This document shows positions 1 to 13,832 of a stretch of 64,000 nt of DNA, piece after piece. The notes under the pieces were generated by a model, which had not been told where the DNA came from, made no database searches, and saw nothing but the letters and a program-made list of their open reading frames with translations. Position numbers and translations under genes: made by a program. The DNA is taken from the NCBI RefSeq assembly GCF_009914755.1, contig NC_060932.1. One strand, written 5' to 3'. Each line of letters opens with the position of its first letter. The first letter of the stretch is position 1. Origin of the DNA: the human T2T-CHM13v2.0 reference genome, Homo sapiens.

Positions 1-1710
1 CTTATTTTATCTTTTATGGAGCAAAGTTTTTCGTTTCCATGAAGTCCAATTTATCAAGATTTTATGTAATGGATTTTGATTTTGTTGTCACATGTAAGTA
101 TTCTGAGACCTGTTCTTAGGTTATAAAAATTTTCTCCTATTCTACTAGAATATTTATATTTTTTTACATTTAAATCTATAATCTTTTCTGAAATAATTAT
201 TGTATAAAATGTGATGAATGTCAAGATTTATTTATTTATTTTGCTCAAAGCCATCAATTTGTTTGAGCACCATTTGTTGAAAAGATTACCTTTTCTCCAT
301 TGAATTACTTTTGCACAGTTGTCAAAAATCAATTGACCATGTCTGTATGAGTCTATGCCTGAAATATCTATTGTAATTAATTTATCTAAGTGTCAATCCC
401 TTTACCAATACCCAAGACTCTTAATTATTGGAGCTTTCAAAATTTTTCTGACTATTCTGCTTCCTTTCCCACATCAAGTTTATAACAAGCTTGTCCACAT
501 CTATAAAAATTATTGTGGGAATTTTGATTGGAATTACCATAAATCTCTAGACCTAATTCAATAAAATTGACATTTTTTTCTAATTTGAGTCTTTGAATGC
601 CTGAGCAGTCTCTCTCTCTACTTATTAGAAGTTTTCATTGATCTATTTTTCAGCAGTGTATTATAGTTCTTAATATAAGGATCCTGTACATGTTTTATTA
701 TGTTTATACCTAAGTATGTTGCTTGGGAAGAGTTCCTGTAACTGACACTTTTTTAAAATATCAGTTTCCAGTTGTTTCTTGTTATACTATATAAGTAAAA
801 TTTCTATCGTGTGATAATCTTGTATCTTGTGACCTTGGTAAACTCACAACTTACTTACTTGGTCCAATTATATCTAGGAGGGTTTTTTTTCTTTTTTAGT
901 ATATTCCTTGGGATTTTCTACAGACAATAATATAATTTGTACATAAAGAAAGTTTTATTTCTTCCATTCCTGTCTGTAGAATTTTCATTTCTCTTGCCTT
1001 ATTGAACTCGCCAGTGTTTATAATAATATTGTGAAATGGAGTAGTGAGAATGGTGGACATCATTGTTTCATTCCTGATGTTAGGAGGAAAGAACTCATTG
1101 TTTCATAATTAAGAATAGTGCCAACTATAGGTATTCTTATAGATAACTTTTATCAGGCTGAGAAAATTCCTTCTAGTTCTAGTTTGCTCAGAGTTTTACA
1201 CATTTTATTAAAATGCCTTTTCCACATCAATTGATTTGATCTTTTTTTAGACAGTTAATGTGATGGAGTTCATTGACTGATTTTCAGTTGTTGAACCAGT
1301 ATTGCATATCCATAACAAACTGCACTTACTTCTGATACAGCCTTCTTTTTATGTTGCTGAATTTTATTTCAAAATATTTTGTTGAGTATTTTTACATCTA
1401 TTTTCATGAGATATATTGGCCTGAAGTTTTCTTGTATTGTCTTTATATGCTTTTATCAGAGAACTGCTAGCCTTATAAAATAAATTAGAATGTGCTCTTT
1501 TCTCTTCTATGTTCTGAAAGAAATTGAGTGGAATTGATGCTATTTCTCATTTAAATATCCAGTAGATTTCACTAGTGAAACTATCTAGCCAGATGCTTTA
1601 CTTTTGAGGATGTTTTCAAACTATGAATTCAATTTATTTAATAGTAATAGAACTATACAAGTTTTCTATTTAGTCTTAGGTAAGTTTTGAGAATTTACAG
1701 TTTCTGAGAA
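1..1710 (-). mobile_element. Old LINE-1 (L1M-type) ORF2 remnant
   Basis: T-rich antisense L1 ORF2 motifs such as 'gcaccatttgttgaaaagattaccttttctccattgaatt' and 'aaaaatcaattgaccat'. Heavily diverged; right boundary approximate. Confidence 0.8.
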
Positions 1711-1947
1711 ATTAGAGCTATGCGTATGCAACTCGGGGTGAGCACAATAAACAACTTTACTGAGTCACTTTTTTGAGCTCCATAATGTCCCTGGTACATT
1801 TGTTCCCCTTTATAGCCTTGGGCCAAAAACTGGAGCTTTATTTCTCTTCTTCTGCTGTATACTTTCCTGAAATGCACTCATGTCTGCAGCCAAGGGGCAG
1901 AGGACAGAAAAGGAGAGAAAGAAGTAGAGTTTTATTCCCAACGTCCT

Positions 1948-2336
1948 TGTATTAGTCAGGTCCCACATTGCTATAAAGAAGTACCTGAGATTGGGTAATT
2001 TATTTAAAGAAGTTTAATTGGATCACTGTTCTGCAGGCTGTACAGGAAGCATGATGCCAGCATCTGCTCAGCTTTTGGGGAGGCTGCAGGAAAACTTACC
2101 ATCATAGGAAAAAGGGAGGAAGGCATCTCACATGGAGGGAGCAGGAGCAAGAATTGTGGGGTGCCACACACTTTTAAACAACCAGACCTCACGAGACCTC
2201 ACTCACTATGCCGAGGAAAGTACCAAAGGAGAAATCTGCCCCCATGCTCCAGTCATCCCCCGCCAGCTCCACCTCCAACATGGGGGATAATATTTCTACA
2301 TGAGATTTGGGCAGGGACGACACACAAACTATATCA
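1948..2336 (-). mobile_element. MSTA-like MaLR solo LTR
   Basis: Runs from 'tgtattagtc...ttgctataaagaagtacctgag' to 'aaactatatca', about 390 bp, matching the reverse of the MST consensus. Confidence 0.85.
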
Positions 2337-3010
2337 CTTATACCACAGCTCCCCAGAAAGAGCCACAGCTCGTCTGAAAGGATATTAGATGTCTTCATGT
2401 CTCTGCTGCCATCGCTGTTGTGGGGACCCGTTTCCCATTCCTTGAATGTAAACCAGAGAGCTTGTCCTGGAACTCTCTGTCCATGCAGAAGTCTACTTGT
2501 GGGTTTCAGATGAGTGGGGTACAGGCCAGTAGACATAATAGAGGGAAACACAGTACACTACAGCCTTTCTAGTGGTATTTTGATTCTGATTTTTTAAAAA
2601 TTCATTTGCTACTATCTACTTTTTTTAAGAGCTGCTCTGTGCATTCTGCCCTAGTTCTGTAACTACATTCAGTAGGAGAAACAGGGAGTGGGAGGAGTAT
2701 GCTTACTCTGTCTTACCGAGAATCGCACTACCCTCATTAGCATTTTTCAATTCTACAAGGTCCTGCAAAAGACTTCTTTAACTGTGTTAACCTCTATGTT
2801 TTTCAGAACCCAATTTTTACCTAATATTTACTAACAGCTTGTGGAACCATTATTCCTTGAAAATGCATTTTCAAAAGCACTGTTCTAAAATAAAACTAAC
2901 ATTTAATAAAATTTTTGAACTATTGGTGATCTTATTATGTAAGTGCCAGAAAAATAAATACATGGAAATTATGTGACATTATCAACTTATTTGGCTAGGT
3001 CTGTGTTTAA

Positions 3011-3364
<354 letters not shown>

Positions 3365-3435
3365 GGAAAGAACGACTTTATAGGGGCTGCGTTTAAGAAT
3401 CCCAACAGTACATGTAGATTTGCCTATGATTCACT

Positions 3436-3465
3436 TAATATTAGAATATTAATATTCTAATATTA
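3436..3465. repeat. Perfect 30-bp AT-rich palindrome
   Basis: TAATATTAGAATATTAATATTCTAATATTA equals its own reverse complement. Confidence 0.95.
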
Positions 3466-3882
3466 CTATTTGTTTTTTGACTTCATGATGGTGGATTTAG
3501 AGTCATTAATCAATTTAACTCAATGTGGATTTAGAATCATTCATCAATTTAGCTCTCTATGATGATTCTACAGACTTAATGCACAACATCAAGTTGATTC
3601 ATGTACTACATTACTTTATGTAATGACTTTTATTTATATAGAAACATGGTGACAGACTTAGTGTTAAAGTCCAATAAAAGAAAGCAGGGCTGCAAGATCC
3701 GTGCTTATGAGTGTAATCCACCCAGGATTTTCCTACAAGCGTGTCAACACTGGATTCTCTAATTTTAGATTTCTACCAAACAGAGGAGCCTGTTAAAAGG
3801 ACCCTAGCATTTTGTTCCATTTTATGAGGCCACATATACAAAGACAGACAAACGAACAGGCATCGTTTTACTGAACAACCTA

Positions 3883-4192
3883 CAGATGCTCCTCAACTTA
3901 CAATTAGGTTAGGGTCTGACAAATCAGTCTTAAGTTGAAAAATGTGAAGTTGAAAATGCATTTAATACGTCTAACCTATTAAATATCATAGCTTAGCCTA
4001 CCTTACCTTAAACATGTTCGGAATATTTATGTTTGCCTGTAGTTGGGGAAAATCACCTACAACAAAGTCAACTTTATAATAAAAAATAATAATAAAATTC
4101 AAAGTACAGTTTCTACTGAATGTGTATCACCTTCACACCATCATCAAGTCAAAAATCGTTAAGTTAGACCCCCATAAGATGGGGACTTTCTG
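3883..4192 (+). mobile_element. MER47A-like TcMar-Tigger non-autonomous DNA transposon
   Basis: Terminal inverted repeats 'cagatgctcctcaacttac' and 'ataagatggggactttctg' with TA on both sides. Interior 'gaaaatgcatttaatac...atcatagcttagccta' fits MER47A. Confidence 0.85.
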
Positions 4193-4719
4193 TATTTCTA
4201 TTTATGGCATATGAATTGTTGAATGACTTTTCTTGTCCTAGACACCTAAAATACCCCTTGACTTCTTTTGACAAAACCTTCAAACATCTGCACTATTGGT
4301 TATTTTCTTAGTGAACTCTCTAGAAGAGTCACAGTTTGACTTGGGAAAATTTGTGGTTATCAGTAATCAATCCAGAAATGATGACATAAAGCATTGCTTT
4401 ATGTAATATCCTTTCACCATAAAACATACAGAAGAATCTCTCTTCTTGGCAACCCAGCATCTGTTAATAGCAGATTGGCTCACCAATACACAGTTTATGA
4501 AGCAATATTAAATTGCAAGTGCTTTCTTAGAGTGGCTTTAGATGTTCTGATTTTCAGAGCACCTTTGTAGTAAGAATTTTACTTTTATTTTATATCTGAT
4601 GTTTTTTATGTTTGCCTATATTTTATCTATGTTCCTCTCTAAGAAATACAGATTTCCAGTGTACTTGCTCCTCTCCTTGAAATTCTAACTGTACAAATAT
4701 ATAATTTGTTCATGTCTGT

Positions 4720-5190
4720 GGATGTGTGATATAAATTCTTTCTTATTTGTTCGTAAGGTCTTTCTCTGGAGAGTGGCTGTAAATTCTCACACTGCCCTGA
4801 CAGGGCTCAGCGGAGGTGGTTCTGGGTGTTTTCAGTGTACCTTTCATGGGATTCTTGTTTATCCTGGTCGATGGCCTAATGCCTGAGTGTCCAACCCGTA
4901 ACCATGTCTCACTGTCACAGGAAACTTGTTTATGCTAGCAGATACCTGTGTGACTCCTGTCTGACCAGGATTTGGATTATTCCTACCAAGATAACCACTC
5001 TCTAGGAGACCCCTCACTCGGAATGAACTTAGGTCTCAGTGTGTTGGTCATATGAGGCACAGAGGAGGCAACCCAAGAAAACATATTAAAAAACAGAAGC
5101 AATTTATTACTCACAGATCCCAGAAACAAGAAGGCAGCATGGCTCTCATGGCCAATGGGATGGGGGGAGTTTTCTGGGACACACTCAACA
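4720..5190 (-). mobile_element. ERVL-type LTR fragment (MER54/MER73/MER74 group, uncertain)
   Basis: 'gatggcctaatgcctgagtgtccaacccgtaacc...cacaggaaacttgtttat' resembles this LTR group. Reverse poly(A) signal 'tttatt' near 5103. Confidence 0.45.
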
Positions 5191-5199
5191 TATTAAAAA

Positions 5200-5620
5200 T
5201 ATATCCATCAATAAATGAGTGGATAAAGAAATTGTGACAAAGAATCGCACACCATGGAATACTAGTCAGCCATAAAAAGGAATGAAATAATGGCATTTGC
5301 AGCAACCTGGATGGAATTGGAGATCATTCTTCTAAGTGCAGTAACTCAGGAATGAAAAACCAAACATCAGATATTCTCACTCATAAGTAGGAGCTAAGCC
5401 ATAAGGATGCAAAGGCATACGAATGATCTGACGGACTTTGGGACTTGGGGGAAATGGTGTGAGGTGGGTGAGGGATAAAAGACTACAAACTGGGCACAGT
5501 GTATACTGCTTAGTTAATGGATGGACCAAAATCTCAGAAATCACCACTAAAGAACTTAATCATATAACCAAACACAACCTGTTCCCCCAAAATCTATGGA
5601 AATTAAAAAATAAATTAAAA
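5200..5620 (+). mobile_element. L1PB1-like 3' end
   Basis: 'gtaactcaggaatgaaaaaccaaacatc...gagggataaaagactaca...aaatcaccactaaagaactt' followed by an A-rich tail. Confidence 0.9.
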
Positions 5621-7574
5621 GTTTTAAAAAATATATGTCATGTACAGTAAAACCCTCATATTGTTTCCATTACTTGTATTTTGAGGAATATCAAATTGGT
5701 TTTGAGGAGAAAAGGAAATATTCATTGAGATAAATTTCTCAAATATGTCATTTTGTCTATTAACAAAATAATCTGCATAAGGCATATGTTTTCCTTTTAT
5801 AACAATTTAAATAATCAGTTATATGAATTCATAGCTTTTCTGTTCTCTCTTTAAGGTTTCGTTATATTCACACAAAAAAAGTAATTTAAAGATTAGAAGG
5901 TTCTGGAGTCTGGAATAAAACTAAATTCCATTGTCCGATTAAAATTTTGATTTTTCTAGGTTTCAACATTCTAATAAGTAAAACAGTAGAATCAGCCATT
6001 TTGTTGAATAATTATCAGAGGGAAGTAAGAAATCACGTTATCTGCCCTCAGGCTTATAGGTAAAGATGATCTTACATTATATTCAAGTAGGAAAAATTAC
6101 CCTAATTCTATAACTAAGGAAACTCTACGAAGGGTTTTTTTTTCAAAATTGCCTATTCAATCCATCATAACAGAGATTTAATTAGTCCCCACTATGTACT
6201 GCACACTCTATTACACGATTTGAGAGACACAATAGTGAATAATACCTATCATCTTCCTTCAGTTTACAATTTGGTAGAGGAGATAATGTACGCTCGTGAG
6301 TATCTTGGTTTGAGAGTAAGGTTGGGTGTAAGGGTGGGGGCTCATGACTTCGGAGGTGCTTTTTTAATCCGTACGTGACACCTCCACTCAAATTCTAGTG
6401 TCCCTTATCGTCATGGTGCTCCCAAGCCACTCCTGCCCCAACCACTGAGATTTACTGCCATGGGGAGTCACTATTATAAATAGAAATAATGTAAATTGTT
6501 GTGTTTGTAAGTGTAAAAAAAACTAGATAATGTAAACAAGGATGATACAGTTAACCAGAATTCAAGAAAGGGCATACAATATGCTATTAGACAGCTCTCT
6601 AAAAAGGGTTAAGGGATTCAAGTCAGGCATGATTTGGTAAATTAAGCTATGAAATAGTTAAAACATTAAACTCGGCCTTGAAACATCACTTTAAAGCTTA
6701 CATTGCCTTCGGGCACTCCGGTTTTCTGTTGGAATATTTAGTTTCCTGCTTTCTTATATTTGTTCCCAATGCATTAGAATTTACTAACCCCATTCAGCTT
6801 TTGGTATCTTGTGTTAAGAGACCGAGTAATTGACCTTGACTTTTCCATGTACTCTTTTCCATCCGATAATCAACAAGCTTACCTGTTAGCATACCCCTAA
6901 TTTACATCTAGACTTTAATTAAGTGGTGACTTTTTCAAGGGAGGCAATCACTTTTAATTTCAAAAGTCAGAAAAAAAAATAAGAGAAGGCCTCATGTGGA
7001 AGGGTAGTTTTAAAATTTCAACAAATAGAAACAGAGAATTAAATTTACCAAGCAGAGGAAATAGCAAGAGAAATTAGTAACGAAGTTTTTGAGAAATAAA
7101 GGGAATATTCAGAATTTGATGAATACTGTCATTTGGGTGGCAAATATTTTAAAAAATGGAACATCAATTTGAAAAGGGATATTGTAATCACACTTAAGGT
7201 TGGATATATATAACTTTATTAAGCAATAGAGTGACATTTTTGCTTTGAAGAATTAAATAAGTCCATGTTTTAGGAAGACTAACGTGAAAGAAATATAAAA
7301 ATTGTGTGGATCCATAAACTATATTATGAAGAAATAGGATATCAAAGACAATCCAGAACGCAGCGTACAACTCCAAGCTAGTGGAACTGGCAACTGATGA
7401 AGGAAATTGAGAGGGACAGACAGAATCCAGAGGCAAAGATGAAAGGATCTGGATCTCGAAATCACTTCACTTTGTTGGTGAAGTTACTGGCAGGTGTGAG
7501 CAACCGTAAAAAACACGATGACTTTTCTGGAAGTTTCTGGCCTGAGTGACTAAAACAATGATGCTATTATGTTA

Positions 7575-7887
7575 TTATTTAATTTAGTTTGATTTAATTT
7601 TTTGAGATGGAGTTTTGCTTTTGTCGTGCAGGCTAGAGTGCAATGGCGCGATCTTGGTTCACTGCAAACTCTACCTCCGAGATTTAAGTGATTCTCCTGC
7701 CTCAGCTTCTTGAGTAGCTGGGATTATAGGCTCCCACCACCACGCCCAGCTATTGTTTTTATTTTTTAGTAGAGACGGGGTTTCACTATGTAGGCTAGGC
7801 TGGTCTCAAAGTCCTCATCTTAGGCGATCCACCCACCTCGACCTCCCAAAGTGCTGGGATTATAGGCATGCACCACTGTGCCCGGCC
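7575..7887 (-). mobile_element. Alu (AluS-like)
   Basis: Full reverse Alu with degenerate TSD 'aatgatgctattatg'/'aattattctattatg'. Confidence 0.95.
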
Positions 7888-8534
7888 AATTATTCTATTA
7901 TGAATCAAAATTTCAAAGTTAGGGGAAACAATTGGTTTGGATGAAACAGAGTGCTTCACTTTTATATCTGTTAAGTTTAGGGTGCCAGTAAAAAATATAG
8001 CAGGACGTAGATATAAATCTGGCATCTGGACACGCAAGATAAGAACTCTGTAGCTCTATAGAGAATAAGTTTGGAAAGAAGAAACCTTGGAGGTGTAAAA
8101 TTTTGAACAGGGAAAAGAGATGAAAACAAAGATGATGATCATGATGATGACAATAACAGTAAAAATTAATGAAACTTAAGAAAAACAAAAATAAACGGTG
8201 AAAAAGTAAGAAGAGTAAACACAACAGAGAAAAAGTTCAAAATAAGTGAGAAAAAAATAAGTTAATGTTCTGGAAACAAGGGAAACTCACAAAGGCAGGT
8301 GGAGGCGCTGATCATGTGAACAGAGGAAGGAGGAGGACAACTTGAAAAGTTATGAGTAGAACTGGTGATTAGGGAGTCATTTAAGTAGCGGGCTAAGAAT
8401 TTAAACAAGAAGAGGTGGAAAGGGGGAAATGTAGTGGAGGCAGCAAGTGTAAACTAACTTTTCAAGATGTGTGATCATGAAAGAAAGAGATAAACAATGG
8501 TAACTTGAGAGACAGATGTTTATGAGAGGAAACA

Positions 8535-8667
8535 CCAGGTGGGGTTGCTCATGCCTGTCATCACGCCTATAATCCCAGCACTTTGGAAGGCGAAGGCAGG
8601 AAGATCGCTTGAGCCCAAGAGTTGGAGAGTAGCCTGGGCATCATAGTGAGACTGCATCTCTCAAAAA

Positions 8668-8727
<60 letters not shown>

Positions 8728-8890
8728 ATAACCAGGAGTGCTGGCATGCACCTGTAGTACCAGCTACTCAGGAGGCTGAGATGGGAGGATCACTTGAGCC
8801 TGGGAGATTGAGGCTGCAGTGAGCTATGATTGTACCACTGAACTCCAGCCTGGGCAACAGAGCAAGACCCTGTCTCAAAAAGCAAAAACA
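8535..8890 (+). mobile_element. AluJ-like element with (TA)~23 expanded in its middle A-rich linker (8677-8722)
   Basis: AluJ diagnostics 'gatcgcttgagcccaagag' and 'ttgaggctgcagtgagctatgat'. TSD-like 'aggaaacacc'/'aggaaagacc'. Confidence 0.93.
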
Positions 8891-9849
8891 GGAAAGACCT
8901 AAATACTGTGTTTGCAGGTAGAGGGTGGCAATACTTATGCAAAATGAAGTGTATACTAAAGAAGAATTTGGGGAAAGTAACTGACAAAACAAATTACTAA
9001 GAGAAAATCGAATGGGGATATAGAGCATATGGGTTAGAACTGAATAGGAAAGGAAAGAATAGCAAAGAATGGAGTGAATTGAAGGGAAGATAGGTGAGGT
9101 TATAAGAATTTGGTATAAATGTTGCTACAACCGGAGAAAAATACAAGCAACATCTCCTGAGAGTAAAAGAATGGAAAATCGAAATGGACCATAAAAATAA
9201 TGACACATTTGCCGAAAAACCACAGTGGTAGGTAGGACTGATGATCAATAAGAGGTAAATAAAAAACTGCCTATGATAGGAAGGCTTATATCTCAAGTCC
9301 ATCAGTTGTGTGTAGAAACTAAGCAGTTGCAGTGGACACCTCAAGATGCTTTTGTGAATTACTGCAGTGGTGTTCATTAGTTTAGGACAAGGAACAGTGA
9401 AACCCAGCGATAAAAGTCATCTAGAGCTGAGTACTCCACTCAAAAGCTACACAGAGAAAATTCAGAATCAGGAATTTCATAATTCTGATAAAGGTATTTT
9501 TGCAATGGTGACCAGATTAGGAGAGAAGCCAAACAAACAAACAAAAATGGAAGAAGACATGACAGACTTTGCGATTAAAGAAGAATTAAGGGTTTAAAAG
9601 TTTTAAGAATGGCGGAAAAAACAGTAGGAGTTACTGTTTGAGTAAGCTTAAAATTGATAGGTTGTGATTAGAACTGGGATCTTTGGACTCCTGGACCTAG
9701 ACTCAAGGTGACATCCTGATGCTGTGGGATGAAAGCGAAGAGAAGGGGTAACTGTCCTCATTTTCTTTGCAGGACGCAGCCACTTGTGCATAAGCAATAA
9801 ATACTGGAGTGCTCAAGTGCCACCTTTTCTTCTGTATATACACATTCCT

Positions 9850-10890
9850 ATAAATTACATCTAGTGCCAAATCTTTGTATATCATCTATATATGCATGAC
9901 CCTCAAAGCTATTTCTCCAGCTCTTTCATCATCTCTGAATTCCATTGTTTACGTATTCAGCTGCATTTCTGACATCTCCAGTTAGATATCATTTCAAAAC
10001 CAAACTGTTCACCCTCCTGAGCCTGTTCCTTCCAGGCCTTCTAATCACATTAAACTGCACAATTATGCCCAAGCTGCTTAGCCAAGAGCCTAGGAACCAT
10101 CATTGGTGCTTCTTCCCTCTACTCCCTACAAACACAATGAAATCACCAGCAAATCTTCACTACTGCCTTTCTAGTACCTATTCTGAATCTGAGCACTAAC
10201 CCACCTCTATTCCCTCCATCACTTATCAACTGGACACCAGCAATAGAATCGTATCTGATATTCTGTACCACTCTCACCACCTCCTCCAACAAACCATTTT
10301 CCACAAAGCAGCCAAAACAATCATTTTAAAACCAAGATAATAATTTTTTTATCTATGGATGGAAGCCCTTGAATGAATTTCATTTCACTTTTAATAAAAT
10401 CCAGACTTCTTACCATGCTCTATATAGTTTTCCCTGACAAGTCCCCTGACAGCATTCCCAGCCTCATTTGTGACCATTATCTCCCTTGTCCATTCCTTAC
10501 AAGTCACACTGTCTATTCATATTACTAGATGATTCTCTCCTCTTTTCACCTGATGGTTTTTATACTGTGCACTCTCTCTGCCATGAAGGGTCTTCCCACA
10601 GCTGTTCCTCTTGACTCTTCAGGTCTCAGTTTAAATGCACCTCAGTGACATAACAACTCAGTCTGATGTTACCTCCTGGTCGCTACTTAGCTCTTTTCAT
10701 TCTATGACTTTTCTGCAGAGTCCTTTAAAGTGCCTGAACTTTTATCGCTAATTTACTTACGTTTCTATCTCAAATACTAGATTTTTAAGCTTTGTCTGCC
10801 TTAACAATCATTATATCCCTAGCACTTAAAACAGTGCCTGATATATGAAAGGCACTCACTATCTGCTCATCAAATAGATGAATAGATCAT
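9850..10890 (+). mobile_element. L2 3' portion
   Basis: 'ttccacaaagcagccaaaacaatcattttaaa', 'aataaaatccagacttcttaccatg' and the terminal 'cagtgcctgatatatgaaaggcactca...atagatgaata'. Confidence 0.75.
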
Positions 10891-11141
10891 TAAATCATTA
10901 AAGTTGAATTTATCACTATAAGTAATCTACATTCAGTGTGCAGTGACAAAAGAACATTAAAAATGTATCTTATTCAGACCAATCCTTACGCTGTGTCTCA
11001 ACTATGGCACCAAGGGAGACCATATCCACTTTCTTCCAGAATGACTTCGGCTAACAGTGCAGCCCTACCATTTCATAGTCTTTTATTAATCTCTGATCTA
11101 TTCATATATATATATATATCATATAATATAAATCATATCAT

Positions 11142-11247
11142 AAATATCGCCATCACTACAAAAGGTTGTACAGTCAAAAATGCAATAAATATATTGCATA
11201 TATATATATTGACTGTATAACCTTTTGTAGTGATGGCTATGATATTT
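11142..11247. repeat. Long near-perfect inverted repeat / hairpin
   Basis: Arm GCCATCACTACAAAAGGTTGTACAGTCAA (11149-11177) pairs with TTGACTGTATAACCTTTTGTAGTGATGGC (11209-11237) at 28/29 positions plus one G:U. An inner stem TGCAATA/TATTGCA lies in the loop. Confidence 0.9.
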
Positions 11248-11649
11248 ACTATTTGCTACGATGGCTTTTCCCATGGGAATCACTCAATAAATATCATACT
11301 AGTGATGCTTACTACTTATTTTATAACAACTAGTCATATTTATTTGTCCTAAAATTATCTTTGACTTTTTTATGGCTTTCTGAAAGATAAGAAGCCATAA
11401 TTATTAACTAAAATACGTGGTTGAAAGAAAATGTACATGGCATTTTATTACTCACTCTCTACTTTTTGATAAATGCATGAAACCTATTCACCAGGAGAAG
11501 ATCCCTCACACATTCATCTCAGACTTAACCGCTAGTGGTGATACCATTCCTGATTCTCTATATTTAATTTGGAAGCCATAGAAATAAAAGAGCTAGACCA
11601 AAGTTTTACAAGGGGGAATTACATAGGGTTGAGGAAGTCTTTGTCTCGT

Positions 11650-12720
11650 TACATTGGATGATTTCGTCTTTTTCCTCAACAAAATCTGCTGCCTTCTGGA
11701 GCTTCCACAGAGCAGAATAAAGTGGCTGATTCAAATTCTGTGCCTTAGAAATTTATTTTTAAATCAACTTTTTCTTCTGAGAGTTTCCACTGATGAAGGA
11801 AATGTTTTCATTTTCAGTTGGAAAAAATGCCTTCATGATCTTACATAATAAAGCTCCAAGAACAGCCTTGAGGAGATTTGCAATTAAATGTTTTCCAACA
11901 GGGTTGAAATTCTTTTAATTATCAATTATTGACACTTATCATCTCTAGCATCTTATTTATATGCCTTATTATAGGCAGAATTTTATCTATAACATTCACA
12001 AATATGTGCATCATTTATATTGTCAGCTATGCACCATAGAACCTTTGCTACAACTGCAATCAAATCACCATTGCAAGGAGAATGGCGCATAGATATCTGC
12101 ACAGGTTATTGTCAACGATGGTGTGTTAATGAATCCATACAAATATGCCATGATTTTATAGTTGCAAAATCATGGACTCCTTTTAGAAGTAAAAAATAAT
12201 AAAATAAAACTTGTCAGGGTAATCTTCATAACAGGTACCACCATTTGTTTTGCTGAATACATTCTTGTCAGTGTCCATTGAAGTGGTTTGTAGTGTCTAT
12301 AGACATTACTGTTGCTAAAATGAAAGTATAGTGTGTCGACATGTTGACAAGCATCCATTAATCTTTTGTCTTCAATATCTCTAGTGTCTTGCAAGTTTGG
12401 CTTGTCAAACATTTTCACTATTATCATCAGGGATTGTTCAGTTGAGTTATATTGTTGTCTTCTTATCCTGCTTTCTTCATAATACAAAAATTCCATTTTA
12501 CATAATAATTTTTACTCACTTTTCTTCAAGATTGTAAAAAGGACCTCTAAACTATTTTCCGCAATATAATGAAAAATTATTTTATGCTCTGTAGTCACTG
12601 TATTTTATCAGAGGTTGTGATGGGCATTCAAGAAGTTTTAATGCTGACCTCTCCAAATTGGAAACTTCCAAAATGATTTAAGTCTTCAAAGAGTGACAAT
12701 AAGTGATGATATTTCTGAAG
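11650..12720 (+). mobile_element. Probable highly decayed hAT (Tip100-like) transposase fossil
   Basis: Degenerate motifs occur in the expected order across frames: 'STDEG' near 11790 (catalytic DE), 'IYIVSYAP*NL' near 12015-12045 (cf. IYxHCxAHxLNL), 'SW' near 12170 (cf. TRW) and 'ISSVLQ' near 12376-12393 (cf. LSxxLQ). Pattern recognition only. Confidence 0.35.
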
Positions 12721-13442
12721 AACACATCAGTCACACACAAGCCAGGGTCAGGGCAGTTTTGAATTAAACTCAAGATTTTCTTCAGGAATACACTGAGATA
12801 AGTAGTTCCTGCATTTTTCTAACAAAACCAAGCAGGTCAGCAAATGAATAAAAAACAAAGTTCAAAAGACTCTATTCTTTGAAAGGTGGGTACAATTCAG
12901 AAGTAGATACTTCAAAGTAGTATTTTAATTTAGACCTAAAAATTAAGCTAAGTGGTGTTTCTATCCAAATTTAGCAACAACTTAACTTTAAAAGAAACAC
13001 AAAACAAAAAACAAAGCAAACAAAAAAGAAAAACATACTGGATTGAGAGTCAAGTCATAGGGTTCAAATGTTTATTCTGACACTTCCTACTAGTTGAATC
13101 TAGAGAAAATATTTAAATTGTCTGGTAAAACATAAAGATTAATCTGTTCAATGGTATTTATTGAGCATATGCTGTGGGACAGTCATGCAAAAAGGAGAAA
13201 GATAGTGTCTCTCAGGTACTCCCCGCAGTAATAGCCTACGCTTCCAAATAACTGCAAGATTTAGGGAATGAAAACTAAGTAGTTTTATTTTTTCCAATAG
13301 TTGTTATCACCTTGGCTTTATTTACTCTTTCCCTGGGTACTGAGCACTGGGCTTCCTTAAGAACCAATCAATCTGGTTCTTAAATTTTTGATCACTTTTC
13401 ATTTCACAAACTTTAACTCTTTCTTTTAAAAATCTCAAACTT

Positions 13443-13832
<390 letters not shown>

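Larger units (their letters stand above)
7480..9500 (-). mobile_element. Fragmented L2 remnants interrupted by two Alus
   Basis: Purine-rich antisense L2 motifs such as 'gtttctggcctgagtgac', 'tgttaagtttagggtgcc' and 'gtgtaaactaacttttcaagatgt'. Confidence 0.5.

Noticed and set aside
6285-6415. Small CpG cluster with a CRE/E-box-like TACGTGAC
   Set aside because: It is only about 130 bp with a handful of CpGs, which is not enough to call a promoter.
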